Below, piece after piece: positions 12,561 through 26,664 of a stretch of DNA of 64,000 nt. Position numbers and translations under genes: made by a program. Position 1 is the stretch's first letter; every line of letters begins with the position of its first letter. This DNA comes from Dicyema japonicum (taxonomy: Eukaryota; Animalia; Dicyemida): contig RDEW01000017.1 in the NCBI GenBank assembly GCA_011109175.1, positions 372,001 through 436,000 of the forward strand. Direction: 5' to 3'. The notes beneath the pieces are model-generated. The model was not told the DNA's origin. It was given only the letters and a program-made list of their open reading frames with translations, and searched no databases.

Positions 12561-14600
12561 GGTGCAATGTCGCTAGTTGGTTTGAAATTTTTCTTCTTCC
12601 CTCTGATGGCGTCATTGGATCCACCTTACTCAAAAGACGCCCAATACCTGGCCGGCATTCAAAAGGATCTGACTATTCATTCCACTGGTAGAAAATTTCG
12701 TTCCCTGGCGACGAGCCCCAGGACAACGTCCTCTGAATCACTTTTCTTGGATGAATGTCATGATGGAATGCGTCAGGATCAAGGAATTACAGTACGACCT
12801 CGCCCCAATAAAACCCCGACCTTGGGGCACCCTGTGTTTTGGGGCGATTTATTTAATAAATATTATTTTGAATGATTTTTACATTTTTTTACATTTTTTG
12901 ACCAATAGAAGCCTAAATTTAAAATACAAAATCCCGCTTATTGGGGCACTTTTTCAATCGATAATGTTAAAATTTATTATTTCATTTTTATCTTTATTTA
13001 ATTAATTTTAAAATATTTTTAAGCATGCTGCGAGCTTAGCCACCACTTGAAACAGAAGATTTCCGATTCTTTAATGAAAGAAAATACGTCAGAAAGAAAA
13101 ATTTGTCAATTATACAATATTGGAAAGGAACTGTCTCACGAATTAAAAAAATCGGAAAGGGGTTTCAAAAACACAAATATGCTCCGATGAACTTTCATCT
13201 AACAAGTTCGAATCAGATCTTTCTATTCGAATTGATCGATTAGTATTCGAAGTTTTTAAAAATTTGAGAGAGGATGGTATTTCAGTTTCAGGATTTCTCC
13301 TCAAAACTATTGCAAAAAATTGCAGCTAATCTTGACTTCAATGATTTCAAAGCATCAAATGGATGGTTGGATCGATGCGCAATGAATTATTGTTCAAAGT
13401 AATTTCGGATTAAAAGAACTCATGTGACAAAATAAAGTCAAAGATTTTTTAACGATTACGACAATTTATTTGATGAATACGAGAAAAATGAAATTTTTAA
13501 CTGCGACGAAACATCTTTTTTTGTTAAAAAATTCATGTAAATCATTTATCTCTTCAAATGATGATTGTTCTGGTAAAACGAAAAGCAAAGGACGAGTTTC
13601 AGTTCTTTTATGCTGAAGTCTTGAAGGTGAGAAATTAAAGCCCCTTGTTATCGGGAAATTTGAATCGCCAAGATGCTTAAAAAATATATAAACTGAGGAT
13701 TATGCGCTATATTTATTAGGTTATTTTTAGGTTTTGTACACAGCGTCAAAAATGCTTGGATGACGACTGATATTTTTGATAAATGGTTACAAAAAATAAA
13801 CTTTGAAATGGTCAAAAAACAGAAAATTTTTGATTCTTATGGATAATGCACCGTGCCACAAATTTCAAGAATATTCAAACTTATCATTTCTTAAATTTCC
13901 TAAAAATACAACAGCACTTCTTCAACCTTTAGATATGGGGATCATAAACTCTTTCAAGACATTATAACAACGTTCTTTATGAAAGATATGCTTGACGATG
14001 TAAAGGAATACTATTCGACCTTATTGAAAATTAATATGGGGCAAATAATTGCATTTGTAGGAGAAGCCTGGAGTCGAGTAATAACAACAACGATTGTCAA
14101 TGTCGGATGAAAATAAACGAACAGAGAACATGTGTTCGTGAAATTAATTCAAAAAAGCATCTGAATTAATTGATAAACATGTTTCAGGGTTAATAGAACT
14201 TGAAATAAACGGAATTGAAGATAATGGGACTTTGTATAATGAAAATGATGAGATTGAAGGGTTATGTTTAAAAGATTCAATAAGAATAATGAATAATCTC
14301 GAAACTTCTTTATTCAATACTTGCCCTGAAGGGCTCAAAGAATACTATGAATTCGGATTAAAATTTCAAAAATTCTAAGAAATAAGTATAATACTGGTTC
14401 AAAATAACTGATTATTTCTCATAAAATAAATTTTCTTTATATCGAAACGACATATTTTGTTATTAAAAAATATAAATAATTTTTTAAAATGTAAGAATTA
14501 TATATACCCTCTATATTTGGGGCACCTTTCTATTGGGGCGGGGTCGTACTGTAGTTAGTTTGGTTTTACTCTTGGTCTTTGGAGTGAGTTTATTAATTAA
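12561..14600 (+). mobile_element. Pseudoknot-core SINE (subfamily A) interrupted by a Tigger insertion
   Basis: A-box-like head GGTGCAATGTCGCTAGTTGG, core at 12608-12670, body matching 28405-28585 and 35540-35645, and tail gttagtttgg...ttattaatta after the transposon. Confidence 0.75.
12790..14551 (+). mobile_element. pogo/Tigger DNA transposon, both ends present, decayed transposase
   Basis: 21-bp TIRs CAGTACGACC(T/C)CGCCCCAATA and TA TSDs at 12788-89 and 14552-53. Remnants include FKASNGW, IFNCDET, KLKPLVIGK, AWMT, MDNAPCH and LQPLDMGII. Confidence 0.95.
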
Positions 14601-14629
14601 CACGGTGTATGTCAGTGAATCTTTTTTTC

Positions 14630-15020
14630 CTTGTGATATTCGGGTAAACTTGGCGCGCCTTCGCTGCGGTCACCACGTGGGTCTCAACGCCTACCTTTAC
14701 AAGATCGGTCAGGGAAAGTTGCCACTCTGACCTTCATGTAACCTTGTTGACCATGGGACAGATCACCTTTTTCGCCTTCTATGTCTTTCCCTCACGGGAT
14801 CATCCTTTTGGATCTCTTGGAACGTCTGTCATTGGTAGTAACGTTTTTGTTAGCCACCGGTTTCCTTCGCTTGAAGGGACGGGAGGTTGTGTCTGGACAT
14901 CAGCTGGAAGAAGCAATGGGTTTCACAGACAACTTCTGAGTATAGCCAGACGTCATAGTCTCTTGAAGAAAGACAAAGACTTCCTGCTTATCGTCCTGCT
15001 GTTTCGGCGACTATAATTAT
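14630..15020 (+). mobile_element. LINE C-terminal fragment (I/Jockey-group-like)
   Basis: RVNLARLRCGHH motif, also seen at about 22970, 40295 and 60260. Confidence 0.55.
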
Positions 15021-15099
15021 TTGTAAAAATTATAGATTTTTATCGGCGATTGATAAATTAATGAATACTCAAATTGAAAAAATTCAGTTCCAATAAAAA

Positions 15100-15240
15100 A
15101 ACAAATGATCCTTTTCCGTACCGCCCTGGCACTAGGACCACCTGAAACAGGTAAATCACATGACACTACTATATTTGAAAGGGGGAAAAGTGGAATAGAA
15201 CTAAGGATAAGAAATCTTCAATCAAGTAGCCCAGAATTGG
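15100..15240 (-). mobile_element. Pseudoknot-core SINE copy (subfamily B)
   Basis: Core at 15106-15167. Head GGGCTACTTGATTGAAG and B-box-like GTTCTATTCC (15192-15201). Confidence 0.7.
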
Positions 15241-15364
15241 ATTTGGTTGGAGGTTGAATAATAATAATTTCAAAAATGATAATCTAGACCGAATATGTGG
15301 TATGCAAGCTAGTCAAATAATTTATCCTAATTGGGCTAAAATTCGAACAGATTGAAGTTCTGAA

Positions 15365-15425
15365 CAAAGGAAGTAGGTGAAGGATGCACGTAGGATCCGA
15401 GTTCGAATCCTATTCGGTCAAAATG
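15365..15425 (+). repeat. tRNA-like (B-box) SINE head
   Basis: GATGCAC...CCGAGTTCGAATCCT. Similar heads are at 58170-58225 (+) and 30775-30835 (-). No complete cloverleaf. Confidence 0.5.
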
Positions 15426-15838
15426 AAGCGTGTCAGAAGCTGAATGTAGATAATAATAGTTAATGATTCGATGTATGTTCATAATAATTATATGCATTTG
15501 TGGTTATCAGACAAATCATGCTATGAATGAATTTATCCAAAAAACCACAAGTAAGGACCGAACTAAATAACTATGTGATCCCGACATGTCCAAGAAGAGC
15601 CCTCAACTTGACTCGGTGTTCCTTCCTTGAGTCCACACAAGTCAGTGATGGACAGAAAACTCTATGATACGGTTTAACGACCACTTTGAACTGTATAGAA
15701 GAATCCGGAGTGTTTAGTAGCAGTCGTTTCTTTCCAGTGATCGACTTGTGTCACTTTACTTAAAATTAAATTTATTATTTTTAAAAATAATTTAAATAAA
15801 TTATTTATTCGATTCAAGTATTAATCTTGAAATATAAG

Positions 15839-18477
15839 ATGGCTATGATTCCAAGTGAGATCACAGTTTGGGGTTGATTTTATTTATTAATTATAAGTCA
15901 AGGGAGGTTTTGGACTTTCTGGAAGGAAAACAGGTTGAATTGCTTGTAAAGAAATTTACCAGGAACAAGGAAGTTAAGCTGTTCGTTCGGAGTTGGGTCG
16001 AAGGAATTTAAGACGAATGAAATATTAGGTGAGAATAAAGTTCAATGGAATGAACAGAATTCGATGTAATGCAAAAAATATTAATTAACAGACATATAAA
16101 GGGCACCAAGAAACCGTTGGTCATCTCAGTCTTGGATGACGGAAAAAAATTCGGAAAGATAAAGATTCCAATTGAAGAAATACAAAAGGCAATCCCAATT
16201 GAGTAAGATTTATGCCTGATTACCCTCATGAATGTTTTTATCGATTAGATTCAGTAATTCGCCTATTAAACCCTCAAAGAAGTATCCACTAGCCTACGGA
16301 TATATTGAATACAAGTGTTGGGTGACCCAATTCGCTGCGGAATCATCAGGAGGTTCAAAATTGTCACTCAGGGAATCCATATCTTCCCTCAGCTCTGGGT
16401 TCGTTGGCCTCAAGAAACAACAGTCAATGATGGTAAAGAAACAAAAACCCAGCACATTGGGGGAAGCGCCTGAGGTGGTTGATCGCAATTATCATTCAGA
16501 CTCGGAGTACGACCATCTTGAGACCAAGAATTACGATCATTAAGCCTAGAGAGGTCTTCCCCGGGGAGAAAATTACTGTAAGAGGAAGGTGTTTCGGCAA
16601 CAGTGAAGAAGACATTGAATCAATTTACGTTTTTGACAAACTTTGTCAGCAATACGTCCTGGAGTCCCCTTCTCTCATCCACCTGGTTCTACCAGAGGGT
16701 TTGGTAAGTTGTGGCATCATTTCAGCAAGCTGGAAAAACCGAGATCATAATCACCACAAAAGAAGGAGGCCGTGGTGTCTGCCTGGCAACCATGATAATA
16801 AAAGAGAAGGTAGTATTACTTCAATTAATAGACACCCCCACAGGTGGATGTAAGTTCATCATCTTCATCCTTAAATTTGGAGACACCGTCGTATACTTCT
16901 CCAATTACCATGGAATCGGCTTCGGTTCCTGTTCTTTCTTCACAAATTGTTCTTATTTGCGGAATTATCTTCAGAACACTGATTTTCTACTAGAAGAAAA
17001 TCAACCCCCGAAGAGTAACGTTGAATCAGTTGCTTTCGATCAAAATTTGGCGGAGACAACTGGCGCAGACCAAATCACTCAATATTCTGTGCCTAAACCA
17101 CAGACAAAACCTGAGCCCATTGTGACAAAAATACCCGAATTTGAAATTTCCAATCCTTTTGTCGAGAAGTCCCCTGAACCACTCTTCATCGAGTCAAAAA
17201 ACGAGGAGATCGAAAAACCATCGGTCCAGGTGCGTTCACTATTTTATCCCCCTAGAATAAGTCTCCACACTGTGAACCAGAGAGTCCCACCATGAAACTC
17301 AATCGGAGCTATACGATGTGGGGTTATTTTTTAAATGATAGGAAAGTCAAGTGAATTACGACGAAATTGAGGTTTTTTTTAAGTTCGAATCCGCAGAACT
17401 TCGAACTGGACGCGTTTCAGCCGAGCCAGGTTTCTTGTTTTGGTGACTCATAGTTCTCGTATCCTTCAAGGACATCAAGAATTGTAAATAACTCATAAAA
17501 TTATAGGAAAACGTCTTCTCCCAGCATTTGCATCAAACTCAGGAAGGTGAGTCTTCATTATTACTTTCAGTGACATTCCATGGTGTTAACGAGGAAGCTC
17601 AGAACTTTGGCAGTAAGAGAATAACCTTTGAAGCAGACTCCAATAAAACTGAAGTCTCGGATAATGTGGTGTCTTGATTTATTCATTAGGCTTTTCCCAA
17701 TTTGAGAGACTCACAGAGTTCGACTAATAGAAGTTCGGGGGAATATAACCCCGGTAATGTTAATTTTGAGTCGAAAAAAGCAGCTGATGTGGAAGGTACT
17801 CATTTTATGACACGTTGGTAGATAGCTCTGAAGTTAGGGAAACCCTTAGTTCAATCTCTAAGTCGAATACTGAGGACTACGTTAATCGAAGTTCTGGGAA
17901 GTATAACTACAGTAATGCTAATTTTGAGTTGAAAAAAGCAACCGATGGGAAAGGTACTCATTCTGTGACATATTGACAGATAATTTTGGAGTTAATGAAA
18001 CCCTTAGTTCATTCTCTAAGTCGAATACTGAGGAGTACGTTAAATGCACTTCAAAGGCGGATTACTTTGATGTGGCCACTAAAGATGACACAAAATTTGA
18101 TCCACCAGTCGAATCCATTGTAAATAGACTGCTTATTTTAGCCAAAGAATCACTCGAATACGAATAAAATTGAGCAGATTCCGTCGACTCACATAAAAGT
18201 GATCTCGGGGGAGGAAGAAAAGCTAAAAAGTGAGCTGATGCTAATCAAAGCTGAGTTTGATAACCAAAAAGCCAACTCAGGTTAGTGTTGTGTTTGATGG
18301 TAGAACTGGAATTGAATCGTGCCTTGAGTGAAATTAAAAGTGACCCCTGGTTTATTATTTTAAGGTTTGGAGGAAAAGAATAAACTGTTGAATGATCAGC
18401 TTACTAAATTAACTGAGAAATATTCACGTTTGTTAGCGAATGTCATCATGGAATGTCCTCATCTTTTGGAAGTCTGA
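15839..18477 (+). CDS. RAB11FIP: Class I Rab11-family interacting protein-like: C2 + IPT/TIG + Ser-rich linker + coiled coil/FIP-RBD
   Basis: Spliced N-terminus MIPSEITVWVKGGFGLSGRKTG...VQWNEQ...FGKIKIPI...GYIEYKCW fits the FIP C2 domain. The C-terminus KYSRLLANVIMECPHLLEV keeps the FIP-RBD spacing LL..V..E.P..L.V. It has multiple short introns; the middle exons were not fully resolved. Confidence 0.75.
17725..18040 (+). repeat. 158-bp tandem exon+intron duplication in the Rab11-FIP linker
   Basis: Two homologous 26-nt introns start at 17796 and 17954, leaving a 132-nt in-frame exon unit. Confidence 0.85.
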
Positions 18478-18879
18478 GTAATTTATTTTAATTATTTTTG
18501 TCATGGTTAACATGTGTTTATACCAAAATTATTGATTCTTAGTGGGCCGGTCCCCGAGTGAGATGAGATATCTTTGCTAATTTATTTTTTTCTATGTGAG
18601 GGTTAATTATGGTAGATTAAGTCTCTCTGTTTTTTACGGGGTTTTTTTGACTTTAATCGACAATCCCAAGGTTAAATAAAGTATGGTTGATGTCAAACTG
18701 GGAAAACAAGCAATCCTTAGTAGCTGCAACTCGATCAGTCGATTTGGTAGATTAAGTCCATCTTATTTTTTTATTAAGAGGGTGGCTTTATAGAGGTGTA
18801 CGTTTAATGCAGTAAAATTTACTGTAGTAACTTTATTCAAAAAAAATTCGGACTTATTTATTTATTAATCTCGGATACA

Positions 18880-19010
18880 CAGAGCAGACCTATCGGAGAA
18901 CGACACTTCCGACTATCTTGAACAAAGACCTATCAGCGGTTGGTATGAGAGGGAAACTTAACAAATTTTTTGTTTTCTCGGGAGTGCTTTTTAACAATAA
19001 TACACAGAGC
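18880..19010 (+). mobile_element. RTE-like 3' end
   Basis: TTLPTILNKDL followed by the 3'UTR ttttctcgggagtgctt, shared with 26270 and 63165. Confidence 0.6.
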
Positions 19011-19243
19011 AAGAGGGTAATAATTTACACAGAAGCAGACCTTGCAATTTCCCATTCAGAAGAACACATTCAGTCCTTACAGATATGGGAACCCCTCCAC
19101 CAGAGTCGGAGAAATTAAAAAATCTAGTAGACAATTTATAAATCTGTCAGGTACCAATGGATAATAATTAATTTACTTATTTACCCCTGGTCCTTTCAAG
19201 TTAAGGAAAACTGACTAACAGGAAAGTAGCTACCAAAAGGAAT

Positions 19244-19960
19244 CAGTGGTTCCCAAACTTTTTTGAGGTGAGGCATTTTTTCTGAGTTTCTAAAAATTTG
19301 AGGCACCCTAATTGTTTATTATTTTAAATAATATCTTATATTTCTGATTTTATTTATTAAGGCAACAGAATTAATGTGAAAGGTGTAATTGTTTTTTTGC
19401 TTGCAGAGACCTTTAATATCTTCAAGCTTATTCTGTAATTTGTTTTCGTTGAGGAATATAAAGAAAAACCAAACTCGCAGAGGTAGGTTTTTCCCAACAT
19501 AATTCCCCAGAAATCATATAATCATCGATTGCGTTGATAATTTCTTGACCAGTTGTGTTTTTTCTCAAGAGATTTACAAAATAAAAAATTTTGTTGCAGT
19601 GTAGAATCAAACAAATAACGAACAAAACTAATAATATTGATAATCTTTCAACATCAGTTGATTCGTCAAACTGAATAGAAAAATAATCAGATGTTTTTAA
19701 GCGGGAAACTAATTGATTTTCAATATTATTGGAAAGATCATCAATGCGTCGTTTTACAGTGCTGCTAGAAAACTGAATCGAATTAATTTTTGAGAATTAT
19801 CATCCCCATATAAGCGAGATAAAGCTTCTTCATTTTTTAACTTAACTTATCTAAGATAAATAAAAATTATAATCAACTTCATAGGAAGCTTCAGTGGCTT
19901 TTAAATTTTCATTTTTTGTGAAGTTTCAGGCAATCAGTTTGGATGCAAAAATGAGTAAGG
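19244..19960 (-). mobile_element. hAT (Charlie/Buster-like) transposon remnant
   Basis: Terminal CAGTGGTTCCCAAAC at 19244. Minus-strand remnants FDESTDV...LLVF and TTGQEIINAIDDY. Confidence 0.75.
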
Positions 19961-20288
19961 GTCTTTATTGAATTAATAGGGGAGTTCCCCATATGGTGGC
20001 AGAAGTAAAATCTTATGGCGCAGACGTTTCCAAGAAAAGATGAAATAGCAGATTGTGTATCAACTTCCTTCCTTTACCACACAACTAACAAACAGTTTGC
20101 TTGGTGGTGACTACGAAGCGAAGGACAAGCTACCGTTACAGAATTTCTTTAATCACATGATGGTAAAACTAATTTACTCACCACAAATAAAAGTGGTATA
20201 ATATATTATTCCATGATCAACTACTTTAAAAAGGCAAAAAATGAAAACTATAAAACAATATCACTTAATTAGCTACAAATTATAAATT

Positions 20289-22448
<2,160 letters not shown>

Positions 22449-22619
22449 AATTTTAGCTTTTACTTTTTAAACGAGTTTTTGTCTCTAAAACCAGAATGAT
22501 ACATAAGGTTAAACGTGGATGAAAATTGATTTAATAATTATTTTTATTATTATTATTATATAATTATATAATAATTTAATCAATTATAGTTTTGTATACA
22601 ATTTGGCTTCATATAATCC

Positions 22620-23205
22620 ACCTACAATGTCTCAGCTCAACTCCTGTTGATCATCTACATTGGGAGTCAAAGATCTTTCCAATTGGAGACCATCTGGAAA
22701 TGAGAGCCCTGCAGTTCCTCTCCCAAGCCTACAGCCTAGAACATCACTTCCACTCTATGCAAACCGCAAAACAAAAGGAAAATTATTATGACAACCAGTG
22801 ACGTGTCTCGAATGTTATCATTCATCCCTTCCATCCCCAATGACAGGAGTCGTCTGAAACAGATACACGATTTTGCTTCTACGAGAAGCATCCGATGACT
22901 CAATGAATTATTACAGCGACCCCCTCCTCCAATAGACCAATCAGAATCCTCTTTTCCAAGGGACGCCCGAGTTAACATGGCTCGTCTACGATGTGGGCAC
23001 CACCCATATCTACCAACATGTTATATACTCTGTCCTTTTGCAACCTCCACGTGTTGACAACAAATTTGAATGTCATGAATTGGCACAACGTTACTCAACA
23101 ATGCCGGAACTGACCGATTTTTGTGAGCTACCTACATCTGCTGCGTCCTACTTAATAGCTGCTGGCCTCTTACAAGTTAGTGAGGCTGGGGTTACTTAAC
23201 TAACT
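22620..23205 (+). mobile_element. 5'-truncated LINE (I/Jockey-group-like)
   Basis: Highly similar to 59830-60482. Contains the RVNMARLRCGHHP motif and ends gaggctggggttacttaactaac. Confidence 0.8.
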
Positions 23206-23639
23206 ACAATGTCAAGTCAAGAATACAGTCAATAGCACGGCAAACATCCTGGAGTCCTGTTTTACAAGGGAGTTTTTTCACCAAACATGCGTAAAATTGG
23301 GTGACAGCAGCGACGCGGAGAATGACTATCCAATAAATCGTAACAAAAGCTTTTTGAAGAAATGCCTGCTCTCTCTACTATCCACAGACAATTTATCCCA
23401 CCAGTCTTGTCCTATGCGAGTGCAGTCTGGTTAATTGCCATTTCCATTGTTCGATGAATAAATTGATTAAAATCCAGGAAGCTGTCATCGGCCCTAATTT
23501 CGAGTCTATGACTTTTGAAGCACTCCTACTTGAACGACATCGAAAATTCATGAGGGTGGGCAACTTACTAAATAGCCTCTTCTATGACTCCTTTATCAAA
23601 TACAGTCCGACCCCGTTTCGGAGCATACCCCGGCGGTGG

Positions 23640-24430
23640 GGCACCCCGCATTTCGGGGCATTTTTCATTTGGAGTCTAATTTCCAAATTTGGAAATTAAT
23701 GCTGGAGCCGCAAACCTGGGAACAAAGTATTTGAAATATTCCAGAAACTCAGAGAACATAATTTTCCAATATCAGGGCCAATCATTAAAAAATAGGCTTT
23801 ATTGTTGCATCAAAAATTGGATTACAGTACATCTATGTTGATACATACTATGTTGATTACAGCACTTCTATGTTGCAATTATGAACGTGAAAAACTTGAA
23901 CCATTGATTATTGGGAAATATAATAAACCTCGTCGTTTCAAAAATTTAGATTTTTTAATCGAAATTTTATGTCTTCAGGACATCGAAAGTGATCTTAAAT
24001 AACGTCTTTCAAAACTAAACCTTCGTCAGGTTGTAATGCTGGTTTCAAAAAGTTGGAATGAAGTAACAGAAATTTCAATCACAGATTGTTGGAAACAAAT
24101 CGAAAAAATCTTGATGTCTTAAATATTGATGATCGCCTAACTGATGAAATAATGACCGAAGCTGTAAATGAAATATTAACCGAGGCTGATGATAAGAAAC
24201 TATTGAATGCGACACTTTTATCTATAATAAAGATATAGCTGAAAACGAGGACGTGACAGAGATCAAATTCTGGAAACTTTGAATACTCTGAACAGAACAT
24301 TTCCTGCATAACATCAAAGTCATTAAAAATTATACGAATTCCGAATGACAGTAATGAGAAACATCCGAAATGGTTACAAAATTGGAGGAAAAATAACCGA
24401 TTACTTCGTTAAAGAGCGACTTGATAGATA
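23640..24430 (+). mobile_element. pogo/Tigger remnant
   Basis: LLCCNYEREKLEPLIIGK...PRRFKN. GGGGCA subterminal motifs resemble those of the 12790 element. Confidence 0.7.
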
Positions 24431-25730
24431 TTATTAATCATAAAATAAAATTTCTTACCTTTTTTACATTTATATGGTTTAAAATAAAAGATTTTAGAAT
24501 GGAAAAAAACAATTAGTTACAAAAAGACTCCGAAATCTTTGTGGAGAGAGGTTAAGATGCTTTCCCTGTCGGTTCCGGACTCCCCCTTGTTGGTCTAATT
24601 CGAATTGGAGCATTACTAAGACCTGATGGGGACTATTTGGTCACATATTACGGATGAAGTCCCTGTTAACGATATCATGAAATCATACTTCCTCTCCTCA
24701 GGTCATAACTAATTAATCCAAGGAAAGAACCCAAGGGAGAACTTCTGCTGACCAAATCCATCGTACAATAGTTCACATTACATGCTTCCGAAGAGAGGTG
24801 GATAAGTAGCTCTACCCCTTCCATTTTCGTCACACGTCCTACCGTCGCGGACATCACTTCATTTTTTATCGGGAGAGTTTACATAATGGAAAATCTTCAT
24901 AAGTGGATTTGGCCAGGGAGAAGGTAAGATGGATTAAATTAGTTCATCTCCACATGACTACCCCCTTGGATGTTTTTGCTATCAGCAGAAATTATACTGG
25001 AATTTAAGCATTTCAAGGCGGACTTAATTGAATTAAATTTTCCAGAAAAATCGTTTATTTGGATTCCGTTTTTTTCGAAATTCAGCCCATCTTTCTCGTT
25101 TGCAATTGGTAAAATTCTACTTTTTGTAGTCTCGAGTGGGATATTCTCACAGACAAAAGGATAAGGTTGTGATCTGACGGGAGATCATATATGGCACATT
25201 ATGAAGCCAGGGAAGTGGAAGTGCAGAAGAACATAGAGTGAGGTAAAGCAGTTCTCGCGTGTGAATGTAGATCATTCCGGGCTACAAAGTCCTCCGATTC
25301 CGTCGATATGTAGAGACCTCTATCGGGGTTATCACCGGAAAGCTACATAAGATTCTCTGCATCGAAGTCTCCAAGAAACAGTTTAATTCATCATGGAAGG
25401 AAGTCATGAAAGATTTGGTTCGGATTCTTTGGGACAATTAAGGGGGAATGAATAAATTGACGACGGTGTATGCAGAGCTATTTATGACAATTAATATGGA
25501 TGGAAGCTCCACGTGGGTATCATTCAATAATGTTACACGTATAACGCGCAAATTTGGCTGAATTATCGAAAATCTTATTCGATGTTTCAAAACCGCAAAA
25601 AGTATCTGGGACTTATTTTCAAAGATGAATCTGTAGTTGAGTGATTTCTTGGGGAGACTTTCTGGGTAGAAGTCGGTTGGAAAGCACTACCGTTTCATAT
25701 TACTTCCCCTTATCTATATTATATATTTTC

Positions 25731-26664
25731 TATATACTAATTAAAGCTCAATGTTGTATGTGCCACAATACCTCGCGGATGAAAGGACGGATTTTAATTT
25801 TAAAAAAAGTTTTGAACAAATAAAGACATGTATATTGGTCGAGGTGGTGACGACACCTCTATTGCATTATCTTATTCGTCTTCCTTACCGACTTCTCCGT
25901 TTACTCTGTGATCTTTCAATTGCAGAGGACTTAAACAACCTTACAAGAAACACCAACTGGTCTAACCAAATATGACGTCTCTGCCTGCTGTCTACAAGAG
26001 ACAAAAACGACCTTAAAATGTACAGAACTGTTTGGAAAATTCCACCTTTTTATCCTCCCGTCGGCCTGCCGACATTATGGTCTCGGATTTACAGTCTATC
26101 AAGACCTGATTCACCACGTTACAAGAGTGTGGACATCATCTGATATTATAATGGAATTGGCGGACGACCTGGACTACCTAAGAGAACTAGTGCGCAACAG
26201 AAGATAATGGTCGAAGCTGACGGAGAGGATGATTCGGAATATGGCACAAGGGAAACTTAACTAATTTTATGTTTTCTCGAGAGTGCTTTTTAATAACAAT
26301 AAAGATATTTTCAAAAGAGTGAGGAAACCAAATATGAAGAATTTGAGTTTCTGAAAATTTCGATCAATATCATCCTTTCAAGTGGCGTAACCTTCAACAC
26401 TAAGTTCAAAAACTTTCCACTTTAATTATTTCTGGGCACTAATGCAAGATCCCAGAGATCCTGGAGATAGGTGACAATGGGAGACAACCAATGTGTGTAA
26501 AACAATTAAATCTTGATTTTTTAAACTGCTTATTTAAACACTCTTCTTACAAATGCAATAATAAAATACTTATTTCAAGTCTCCTAAGACTTTATATAAA
26601 AACTAGACACTTGAGTTATCGTGCCACATAAATACATATAACATTGAGCTTTAATAAGTATATA
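25731..26664. mobile_element. Putative TIR-bounded non-autonomous element containing an RTE-like 3' end (26040-26310)
   Basis: 31-bp inverted repeats at 25731-25761 and 26634-26664 (29/31 identical), beginning and ending in TATA. Confidence 0.55.

Noticed and set aside
13695-13735. Short intron inside the Tigger transposase
   Set aside because: No convincing GT donor, and the ORF is too decayed to test the frame.
15365-15425. Functional tRNA genes at B-box matches (also 30775, 33930, 36870, 58170)
   Set aside because: No complete cloverleaf or anticodon arm; treated as SINE heads.
24600-25600. Coding-like stretches here and at 7540-8400, 27000-28400, 34660-35200 and 53170-53600
   Set aside because: No recognisable motifs; probably old TE debris that cannot be assigned by eye.
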